A stretch of DNA of 64,000 nucleotides from Octopus sinensis (lineage: Eukaryota): assembly GCF_006345805.1 (NCBI RefSeq), contig NW_021833018.1:192404-256403 (forward strand), read 5' to 3'. Positions 48,191 through 58,924 of this stretch are shown here, in pieces; within the stretch, counting starts at the first letter, position 1, and the number at the start of each line of letters is the position of its first letter. A model generated the notes under the pieces. That model saw nothing but the letters and a program-made list of their open reading frames with translations. It was not told where the DNA came from and searched no databases. Made by a program: the position numbers and the translations under genes.

Positions 48191-51100
48191 CAGTAGACTA
48201 TTCATTTAAAGAAAATGTAAATTGAGCATTCGTTAAATGAATTTAACGAAAAAAATTGTTTAATTAAAAATGTGTCATGTAATCGGTAATTTTAGGTTCC
48301 TTCTTTTTAATTTTTGCCAATATATTTCTCAAATTTGTAATTAGGTGAATATGTTCACCAGATTTTTGCAAAAAATATTTTTCAATATTTTCCAAATATT
48401 TAAGTGCATCTGCATGACCAATGGGATTGTCATTTGTGCTATCTATTTCTTCATGCTCATTTTCTTCCTCACATTGTATTGTATCAAAATACGCGTTTTC
48501 TTCGCAGACGACAGGTGCACAGACAGGAAACTCAATCATAATTTCACTTTTATTATCTTTAATTGTAAGCTGATTTAAATTTAATACCTTTTTCGTCAGT
48601 GGATTCTTCAAGTATTTTTTCATCTATCTTCGCCCAATTATTTAATGCCTTGTTAAAGCAATTTTTGATAGTGTCCACTGTGACTTCGTTCAAAGCCTCA
48701 ATAATTAAAGGTAGAGCATTCACTAATTTGAATTTGGTAAGTTCATCTGTATATGACAATGTTCCTATATTTGTTCCCATACTCAAATTTCTAGTCATTC
48801 CTTTTTTATACAACGATTTAAATGAATGCACAATCCCTTGATCAATTGGTTGAATCTTAGATGTTGTCTTTGGAGAAAGAAAATACAATTCGATATTACT
48901 GAATTCGCCATCAAAATAGTGAACTGGCGCATTATCTAAAAGAAGCAAAATCTTTCTATTTTCCACACTCATTTTGGAATTTAACCGTTCAACCCAGTTT
49001 TTAAAAATTAAACTGGTCATCCAAGATTTATTGCTATTTGCATATTGAATCCCAAGATTATTCATATTAATATTTTTGAAACCATGAGGATTTTTGAATT
49101 TTCCGATTACCAACGGATGCTCTTTATCTCCTTCCATATTTGTGCATAATAACTAGGGCAACCGCAAATATGGCCTAAAAAATTTCAAATATGACCGATA
49201 AAATATGACTTATATGACCTTAAACGAAAAAATATATGCCCTTAATATGACCTAATAAATTTTTTAGAACTAATCACTCAAATTTATTGTAATATAACGA
49301 AAAGTAATATTTAATGTTATAATTTTTAAAGTTTCTATCCTTCTCCAACATCTTTTGAAGCATAGAAAAACTTCTTTCAATGGAAATAGTTGTTGCTGGA
49401 CATTTCCATAATATCGAACAAATTTCTGGTGAACAATTATCAATCTTAGCAGTATAAATTTCTTTTAATCGATTTTTATATATTCTTTTACGGAAATATT
49501 TAGATATTCCACATGGATCATCCCCAAAATTTATCACATTAATAAATTTAACGGCATCCTCAATGGTAAAAAAAGTTTCTTGGCATTGATGTAATCCATT
49601 TAATATGTCACTATAACATGATTTTATCAATGAAAGGTTTCTTTCCAAATTAATTGAATCTAAAGCAGTTTTTACTTTATCTAAGATTTTCCCTTTTTTG
49701 TTAAATTCAGGACCAGAAACTATAGTGCGAACTGTATGCATGTTTTTCGAGTAGTAAAAGGCTGCACTAAGCCAGGTTCCCCATCTTGTAATTATTACTT
49801 CAGGTGGTAATTCTATATTGTCAAAAAGATCTCTTCGAGATTTTTTTTGAGCAATGCAGTTTTCATCGTGTCAATCAGATTATTAATATCCCCATAGTGT
49901 GTACTAATTTTTAAGGCACAATTATGTAAAAGATGAGCAAAACAAGTGATGTGTATAACATTGTTATACAGAATTGACAATGTTTCTGCAGCAGATATCA
50001 TGTATGATGCAGCGTCGGTAACCAATAAAACAAAATTAAATCGTTTGACGTTAAAATCCTTTAAAGTTTCATCGATTATCTGGCAAATAAATGAAGCATT
50101 ACATATTTCAACAGAAATGCAATTTAATAGATAAATTTTCGATGGATTACAAATAGTCCCCCCCAAAACATTCACAAATTTATTATTTGAAATTTGGGTT
50201 TCATCAACAATCAAAAATATTTTCAAATTTAAAATAAGATTTTTTATTCGTTCAAAATTTAGAAGATATTTATCATATACCAATTTGCGACAATGGGTTT
50301 CTGATGGAACAGAAAATCCCAAATCGTCGAAAAACTTAGAAAAAAGATTGTGACGAATCTTATAAAGAGGGATATTCACACCCGTCATCATCGAAACCAA
50401 TTTAAAACAAAAATCATTTGGAATTGCAATCAATTTCGATTGACGCAAGTCGTGTGTTTTACTTCTTTTTTTATGCATTTCCGTCTGTCTGTGTTGTTCC
50501 ACGTTAAAACTTTTTGAAAAGTTTACCGGAACACAACAGAACTTGCAATTAAGTCCCCCATTAGTACTTCTCGTAAATTCGTGCGGATATTTATTTAATA
50601 TTTTAGAGAGTTTGAATTCATTAGATTTTTTTGATTTAGGCATCTATTAATATACCTTTTTTATATAAAAACCTTTATCTCACTCAACAAAAAACCGATT
50701 ATATCTCACGTTATAAAAAAATAATTCAAATATTATTATTCAAATATTTATATTTAAAAAAATAAATATTAATCTAATTCATTAAAATATACAAAAATTT
50801 GAATATGACTTTATTTTTATAATATGACTTTATTATTGAATATGACTTATATGACCTATTAATAAGTGTTTAAATAGTTAAAAAATATAATTAAAATATT
50901 TAATTAATATAAACAAACACAAAATGACCTTATTTTGTGATAAGCATTATATGACTTTTGGTTGCCCTAATAATAACACTGTTATTCGTTCTTTAGAAAA
51001 TTTTCCTGAAGCCCTTGATTCGGAGTCAAGAACTAATGTTTTTTCTGGAGTACATTTGAAAAAAGGGCAGTTTCATCGCAGTTGTAAAAATTTTTGATCC

Positions 51101-51819
51101 ATATTTTTTTAACATGGCTGCAAAGCGTTCATATGAATCTATAAGCAAAACGGGATCCACTAATTGTTCTTCTCCAGAAATCGTGAGTGTTTTTATTTTA
51201 TACTCTTCCTTAAAGCGTGAAATCCATGGGTGAGATGCATTGAAATTTTCAATATAAAATCGTTGAGCAATTTTGAGTGCCATTTCGCGTACCATTTCAT
51301 TAGTTATGGTGTGATTACAGAAACGTTTGTTCTGAATCCATGCATATAGTGGTTCATATATCTTATCAGTACAACTTTTAAATGTAATATTCTTTTTTTG
51401 TTTGTGACGCCTTGATCCATACAATTGCATTTTCTTCAACGTTGAATTGATCACTCCAATAGGCATATTAAACCGCTGAGCCAAATTTTCTTGAGTAACA
51501 TCAGGATTATTTTTCTTGAAATCAATAACTTCCAGTTTTTGTTGAATTTGATAAGTTTTTCATTTTTTCTTCATATTGTTCACCCTTGCACACATGGTTT
51601 ACTACAAAGAAATAGCGAGGAAAAATTATTTTAAAATTTTATCAAAAATTTTAATTTTCGTTATTTAAATATTCGTTAAATATATTTAAATATTCACTAA
51701 TACAAAGAAAAAAATTTTTATTTTTGAATTTATCTAAGGAAAAACGTAAAAAAATATTTTGACTTTCGTAAAATGAATATTTTCGTTAATTTTTTTTTTG
51801 TTAAATGGATAGTCTACTG
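48191..51819 (-). mobile_element. pogo/Tigger-type transposon split by a nested hAT
   Basis: TA|CAGTAGACTA...TAGTCTACTG|TA; CENP-B-like HTH (51026-51590) and DDE_1 domain (48559-49137: KSWMTS, LLLLDNAPVH, TTSKIQPIDQGIV). Confidence 0.92.
49154..50969 (-). mobile_element. hAT transposon with nearly intact CGGBP1-like transposase
   Basis: TIR TAGGGCAACC...GGTTGCCCTA; 8-bp TSD ATAATAAC; ORFs 49813-50643 and 49274-49741 join by one frameshift in an A-run; IVDET, VTDAASYM, TCFAHLLHNC, TRWGTW, SIERSFS. Confidence 0.93.
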
Positions 51820-52812
51820 TAATAATTAAAAATATTCATATTAAATAAAATTCTATTTTTATATAATGGTTAACCTTTTTTAAAAGTAATTATCATAAAC
51901 GGCTTAATTTATTTATGTCATTACCTGTTAAAAGACGACGTTCTTTGAATGAAGAAAAAAAGAAAATTTAATATCAACTGGCAAAGTGAATACTTCGTAG
52001 TCGAAACAGACAACAATAGCATGCAATGCTTATTGTGCCATGAGATTGTGAAAACTATAAAACGGGACAATGCTAAACAATATTTTCAGAGACATTTAGA
52101 CCACCTAGTTGTCAAGTCCAAGTGTTCAAGAAAAGATTCCGTCGAAAATTTGAAATACAAATTAAGACAACAAAAAAATGTTTAAAAACTTTTTTAAATG
52201 TGGCAAATGCAAGAGTTGAAGCATCCTCTCGAGTTGCTCATATCCTTGGATCTGCTGGAAAACCTTTTTCAGACGGCGAACTTGTGAAAAGATGTATCAT
52301 GGAATCAGTTAAATGCATTGATCCCGACAAGGAGCATAACTTTGAAGCAATTCCACTTTCACGTGACACAATTCAGCAAAATGAAATATTTAAAAAGTCA
52401 ATATAGATCTCGGATACCGGATGCAAACTTAGAGTCATGTTTGCGCATAATGATATCTATCCTACCAGTGGATTTCAATAAGCTCACAAAAAATACTAAA
52501 GATCCTGGCCTTCATTAGAATAACTTGTATAATACATTTCTTTTAATTAATTTTCCTTCTTTCTTATCTTTTGTCCATGAAATAATTATTTATTTTAATA
52601 ATATGATTTCCCTGATGAACGAGAGCATTTCCTGTTCAAGAACTCATTCGGTCTCGATGACAATGGGCAACTTATGCGGTCACTTGTAATAATTAAAAAA
52701 AATTACTATATTAATATCGAAAAAATAATGCAGAAAATGTGCGGCCGTGGAAGAGAAGGAAAAAAAAATGCTATGCGGCCGCAAACCCGAAAAGCTTGCG
52801 CACCCCTCTAGA

Positions 52813-54060
52813 GTCTAGACAATGAACCCGAAATGGAGATCGTTGCTAAAAGTTTGCATGACTTCTCGCATGGAGGAGTTAACAAAATTGAATATGAATG
52901 TCGACAACGATATTTCCCAGTTAAAATGAGATTATTCGAAAAGTCATTCGAAACTGTGAAATTTGTAAATTTGCGCGACCCTTAAAAGTTTTAATTTTTC
53001 TAAATCCTAGATTGGAGATATAAATAACCATGTCTTTGCATCTTGCCCAAATGAAAGATTTCAGATAGATCTTATAGATCTGAAAAGTTTTTCTACTATA
53101 AATAAAAATTATAAATGGATTTTAACGGTCATTGACGTATATAGCAGGTTAGTTTTTTTTAACAATTTTTATAGATTTTCATTTGCGAGGCCGAGCTACA
53201 CTAAGTCCTCAAATGAAGTTTGTGAAAACCTCAGATCATTATTTTTCTTAAATGGTCCGTGTCAATTTCTTCAGTCCGATAATGGGACTGAATTCAAGAA
53301 TCGTGAAATGACCAATCTATTTGAGGAATTCAATATCAAACGAATTCACGGAAGGCCAAACAATCCCCGCTCACAAGGGATTGTCGAACGCTTCAACCAG
53401 TCAATTACAAGAAAAATGGCAAAAATGATCGACAATGATAATAAAAAGTGGCTGGAAAAATTAGAAAATGCAGTGTACAGTTATAACATTTCTGTCCACT
53501 CATCTTCTAATAAGAGCCCTTTTGAAAGATACCGGGGAATAAGTGGAATAAATACAATATTTTATGGTTGTAATTATAAAATTATTCCTTAGATAATTCA
53601 AGTAATGATTTGTTGAGTCCTGATCAAGTCGATGATGAAAACAATTGTCCGAGTCCAATTGAAAATTCATGTAATTTGAATTTCTATATGTAGATGATTG
53701 TAATTATTCGTTTACAAGTCCGAAAAAATTTTCAGTTCGAAATCAACCCCATTGATTCTAATTCTAATTATTACAAAGCGATGAACAGAAAAATGAATGT
53801 TCACAATATTAATGATGAATTTAGTGTTGGTGATAAATTATGCATAAAAATTAATGTTTAGGTTCGAGTTAAAAAAGACTTTGGAACAAATCCTTCGTTG
53901 CGACTGGATAAGTTTGAATCTCCATATTATCCATCTGCAGAAATTATCAGTATTTTATCAAACAATCGCGTTGAGGTAGTTTAAACATTTAAATTTAATA
54001 GATAAAAAATTCGATGAGCAAAATATCGATTGTGCCAATGTCCAGACTTAAAAAATAATT
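52813..54060 (+). mobile_element. Ginger/Tdd-like (retroviral-type) integrase gene with tiny introns; short 5' piece at 43310-43368
   Basis: HHCC (LHDFSHGG...CEIC), ERFQIDLID, LTVIDVYSR|F, LQSDNGTEF, GRP.NPRSQGIVERFNQS, KWL..L...VYSYN..VHSS...SPFE; introns of 23 and about 27 nt. The frame LVICLD is rejoined across the hAT insertion. Confidence 0.85.
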
Positions 54061-54099
54061 AACAAGTTATTATTCTTTGAAGTTTAATATTAATTACAA

Positions 54100-55280
54100 T
54101 ATTGAAGAATTTTTTATCCATTCCAAAAATTCTGTATATCCTCCGTTCATCTCCATGTTTCCTTCATCCTAAACATCTTGGGTCAATAGACTCGATCATT
54201 CGTCGTCATGCCGAACTTATTTGTAATGTGCAACTTGATAATCTCGCATGGAAACAAGCTTCCCTACCTATTCGTATGGGAGGTATCGGTCTCCGTTCAC
54301 CTACCGACTTGGCTCTTCCAGCCTATTTGGCCTCACAATCATTTTGTGGTCTCCTCATCGGCGTCATTCTCAAGTCTTTAAATGAATGTACCCCGTGTCG
54401 GTGGATGCAAAACGGCCTCGAGTCTTGGAGCAGTCATGGTCTGAGATTCCCCGAAGTGGAATCTTCACAGAGACATTGGGTCGAAATCTGGTGCAAGGAG
54501 ACTTACAGAGTTATCGAACTGTGCATGGACCAAGAACGGATCATATGTCTCAGATCGGGTGCACAACCCAATTCTGCTCCTGGATAAGCGCTTGTCCTAT
54601 TGCGTCTACCGGCTGTAAACTGGACGACGATACTATTAGGATCGGCCTATGTCTACGTCTCGGCTTACCGATGTGCACCCCACACCCCTGCAAATGTGGA
54701 AAGAGGATTGGTCCATTGGGAAGGCACCCACTTTCTTGCACTCGTAGTGCTGGTCGTTTTCCCCGACATTCCGCCGCCAATGACATCATCAAAAGGGCCA
54801 TGGACGCTGCCGGATTCCACTCTCAACTCGAACCAGCTGGTCTCGATAGAGGGGATGGCAAACGCCCAGACGGCGTAACCATCTACCCGTACACGAGAGG
54901 GAAAGCACTTGTTTGGGATTTTACCTGCCCTGACACGTTTGGACCTTCTTCATTCGGAAGTTCGGCATCCTTTCCTGGCTCTGCCGCAAAACGTTCTGAA
55001 GAGTTGAAGAAAAAGAAATACTCTTTCCTGGCAGACAGATATCTTTTCCAACCGATCGCTGTGGAGACTTCCGGAGTCTTTGGATCAGAGAGTTTTTCGT
55101 CCATTCGAAGATTGGGTGGTCTAATCACCAAAAAAACAGGTGATCCGCGGGAGACGTCGTGGCTCTTCCAGAGGATTTCGTGTGCAATTGTCCGCGGAAA
55201 TTCACACGCTATCCTAGGGTCATACTAATTAATTCAATCGATTTTTTTATTACAATATTGACATTAAGTTTTTTTTTTTG
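54100..55280 (+). mobile_element. 5'-truncated CRE-clade retrotransposon
   Basis: PKILYILRSSPCF, LPIRMGGIG, CKCG...GRHPLSC, GRFPRH, KRPDG, VWDFTC, PIAVETSG, WLFQRIS.AIVRGN. Confidence 0.9.
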
Positions 55281-56433
55281 AAGTTAAGCTTCAAGGTCAC
55301 GTCAGGTATTACGCGGCCCATAGGTGTCACAGAAACCATGTCACATAATGACACCTTGATTTAAAGATCGTCGAATTTCTTCCCAACTGGAAAGCTCCTG
55401 GCTGCGATGGAGTTTACAACTTCTTCATCAAAAAGTTGGACTCCCTACATAAGTTTCTATTTGATGAGATCAGAAATATCATTACTGGAAGCAGTCAACC
55501 CCAGAGTTGGTTTTATATCGGAATAACTTATCTTATTCCGAAAAAAGATAATTCCACTGAAGGCAGTGATTTCAGACCAATTACCTGTATGCCGTGCCTT
55601 TATAAACTCGTCAAAAAGTGTGTAAATGAGAAAATTTCTGAGTATATGGAAATATACAGTCTAATCTCTGAGTTTCAACTTGGCACTAAGAGGCATTGTC
55701 AAGGTGCAAAGGAGCAAGCACTTATTAACTGTTGTGTGAACAGGTCACATGAGTACAAATTATTTTCTTCATGGGTAGACTAAAAAAAGCCTTTGACTCA
55801 ATCAATCACGAATTCCTTGCAGTGATTCTGAAAAACTCCGGGCTTCCTGAATGGATAACAAAGTTTGTAATGTCAATAATTCCAAATTGGAAGGTCTCCC
55901 TCAAGTTAGGAAAGCAGCATCTAGGAATTGTTAACATAGAACGTGGAATATTCCAAGGAGATTCCCTGTCTCCTCAGTTGTTTATTTTGACTTTGGATCC
56001 GTTGAGCAGATTGTTGTCAGCTAAATACCCAAATTTATCAGTCAGTACCGATCAAGAAAATTCAGTCTTTTTTCTAAAAACAATTTTTTGTTTATTGATG
56101 ATTTGAAACTGCTCGCCAAAGATGAGGTCACACTCGGCTGTATGATGGAAGACGTGGATTTATTTTTTAAAGCATCGGGTTTGGAAAAGAATTGTGAGAA
56201 GTCGGCAACAAATAGTTGTTTATTGAGAAAAGATGCCAAACTGCTGGATGGACTGGATAGTTACCGTTATTTCGGTGTATTGGAAAATAAGTTTAGTCAG
56301 GTTGTTAAAGAAGTTTTAGAGAAAATTTACGGATTGAGGTTCAACAACGTATCGAAAAATTGTCTAAGACGAAACTAAATTCGGTAAATTTGTTTAAGGC
56401 AATTAATGAACATGCTTTATCTTTGTTAATTAT

Positions 56434-57097
56434 TGTGACCGGTTCATAATGAGATACGGTTGAATACGAGCCGTTAAAAAGATCGATAATTAATATACCG
56501 ATCAAAAGGCCATTACATAAAGGCAAACGTTCCGAACTAATGATTGAACTTTAAATTTTGAAAAAATGATGTTTTATATTTGAACCATGTTTGCTTTAAA
56601 ATAGTAAAATTATTTACAACATTGCAAATTATAATGTGAATTATTTTTATTTTTGATATTATAAATTGCAACATTAGCAAATTACAAGTTTGTAACAACT
56701 TTAACTCTAATCTTACTTTAACTCTAACTATAATGATTTCAACGTTATTTATAAACATATTCATCATAAAAAAGACACTAAAGAAAACAGACCCTAACCC
56801 TAATCCTGACCCTAATCCCTGACCCTGACGCTAACCCAGACGCTAACCCTAACCCTGACCCTGACGCTAACCCAGACGCTAACCCTAACCCTGACCCTAC
56901 CCTGACCCTAACCCTGACCCTGACCCTGACCCTAACCCTGACCCTACCCTGACCCTGACCCTAACCTGACCCTAACCCTGACCCTAACCCTAATATGATT
57001 TAACGGCATTCACGCCATTTAACGGCTCGTATAACGCCACTTTGACGGCTCGTTTAACGGCTCGTATTCAACCTGGGCTCGTATTCAACCGGTCACA
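56434..57097. mobile_element. Non-autonomous TGT...ACA element with internal telomere-like repeats
   Basis: TIR tgtgaccggtt...aaccggtcaca with ggctcgtattcaacc sub-repeats; 5-bp TSD ATTAT at 56429-56433 and 57098-57102. Confidence 0.88.
56791..56993 (-). repeat. Degenerate (CCCTAA/CCCTGA)n tract with a duplicated higher-order unit
   Basis: accctaaccctaatcctgaccct...gacgctaacccagacgctaaccctaaccctgaccct (x2)... Confidence 0.9.
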
Positions 57098-57102
57098 ATT
57101 AT

Positions 57103-58187
57103 TGTGGCGCGCCATAACTGAAACGGGCGCCAGACGTGTAACATTTTGACCCTGAGAAAACCGCATAATGACCTTGATTAGAAATTAACAAAACTTTGAA
57201 ATAATGTGGCGCGCCATAACTGAAACATCTAATGAACAACAACATCTAATGAACAACATATAATGTACTTAAATTTATTTAAAAAATAGTATTGGTTATC
57301 CATTAAATTTGATAAATTATCTTTAAAAAAATAATATTTATTTTAATGAATTCATTCTAAAAATTTGTTATTGTTTCCCTTTTAATTAGAACATAAAATG
57401 ATAGAAATAATGAAAATTCTTAAAGAATTATAAAGGCCTAGTCTACTTTAATTTTAAAAATGTAGTTTAAAATCTTTAAGTTTGTTATCATTCTCTTATT
57501 TGGACAATAGCTGAAGTTCCTTTAAATTTATTTTTAAGTTAATACAGAAGAGATTTTCTGATCAAATAAAGCCTTACCTACCTAACGGCCTTCGGCCGAA
57601 ATTTTTAAGATAGCTACTATTCCCTTATGCGGCCTTCGGCCGCGGCATTTTTGATACAGATACTATCTCAACATACTTTCAATCTACTATTTTTCAATTT
57701 GTACAGGGATTTATTAAAAATAATTTCAAAACAATTTATTTAAATTTTTTTAATTTGAAAGTAAAAAACCGTTTTTTCGATTCCATCTTCATTTTCTATC
57801 AAAGTGAAACTGAGAATGAATTCGATCACAATGATATTTCATTGTTTCGTGATCATTCAAACAAATTACATGCTTATTTTCACCATTTATTTCATTAAAA
57901 TAAAGTGTTCCTGAAATGAGATAGGAAAATGCCTCCGATTAAAATGAAATTCTTGCATTTTTGTAAAAATCTTGATCTTTGCGTTCTTGACAATCGCTCT
58001 GAAAATTTCTCATGTTGTAAATACTGAAGAATATCATTATATTCATTATCATCTTTGACTGCATTAGCTATTCTCATTTGCAAAAATAATAGTTACCGGC
58101 AGACAACAATTAAATGACATTTGAAGGTTAAAATGCAAGGCCAAATTGTTACACGTCTGGCGCCCGTTTCAGTTATGGCGCGTGACA
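57103..58187 (-). mobile_element. Internally deleted Ginger/Tdd-like element
   Basis: 40-bp TIR tgt(gg/ca)cgcgccataactgaaacgggcgccagacgtgtaac; TSD ATTAT; ORF 57895-58083 (YNDILQYLQHEKFSERLSRTQRSRFLQKCKNF) resembles the integrase N-terminus at 36126. Confidence 0.82.
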
Positions 58188-58924
58188 ATTATTATATCGG
58201 CCTTTTGGATTTGAAACCGTTCGCTTTTGATGAAATTGACAAATTTGTCAGGAAGCTGTTAATGGATCTAAATACAACAATTCTAACAGAGCTGAAAATT
58301 CAATATAAAAAACCCGACATTTTCATCTACGGCAAAAGAGAGAACCTAATATGGCTTATTGAAGTGGGTGTGACTTCAATAGATAACCTAAAGAGCGTGG
58401 AAGTAGAAAAACTGCACAAATACGACATTTTAGCTAGTGAATTACAACTGATTCACAAGGCTAAGGTGAAGCTTGTGCAAATTGTCATTACGTAGGATGG
58501 AATCGTCTCAACAATCTACCGCAAGTACATGGAGCTTCTCGGGATTGAAGAACGTGTTCGTTCTTACATCCAGACTGTAACGTTGAAGGCCACTCTGGAG
58601 AGCATGTTTGTCGAGTACAAACAAGGCTTCAGTGAAATTCTGGACTCTGCAAATTCCGTAAATAGAGACTGGCGGAAATATAATTTCTCTATGAAGATCA
58701 GCAAGTCCCTTAGGAGACTTAGAGACTGCACGCCCCAGGAGGAGATTGAGGATCATGGAGGAGAAGATCAAAATGGAGTCATGGGAAACTCGGAAAGCAA
58801 AAATTTGAGAGTCGTCTAATTACTAGTTTAGCTCAATTTTGATTAATTATTAATTTTATATTCGATCAATGATTTATTTATGATTTCGATAAAAATATTT
58901 TATTGTTTGTTGAATTGTAAAGAT

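Larger units (their letters stand above)
43369..52807 (+). mobile_element. Charlie/SPIN-type hAT element (GTF2IRD2-like transposase remnant at 51949-52518), expanded by nested insertions
   Basis: Left end CAGGGGTGCACAA..GCGGCCGC, right end GCGGCCGC..TTGCGCACCCCT; target gtctagag/gtctagac (nTCTAGAn-like, right junction imperfect); KRKFNINWQSEYF..CLLC..H, KPFSDGELVK.CI, IPLSRDT. Confidence 0.75.
55350..58870 (+). mobile_element. Second NeSL/R4-like subfamily (55350-56433 plus 58188-58870), interrupted by two TGT...ACA elements and internally deleted
   Basis: WKAPGCDG, FRPITC, KKAFDS, RGIFQGDSLSP, FIDDLKL; EHALSL|NYYIG rejoins across the insertions; KPDI..IEVG, EVEKLHKYD. Confidence 0.88.

Noticed and set aside
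49750-49770. U5 loop-like gccttttac (minus strand)
   Set aside because: It lies within the hAT transposase coding frame and has no U5 stem.
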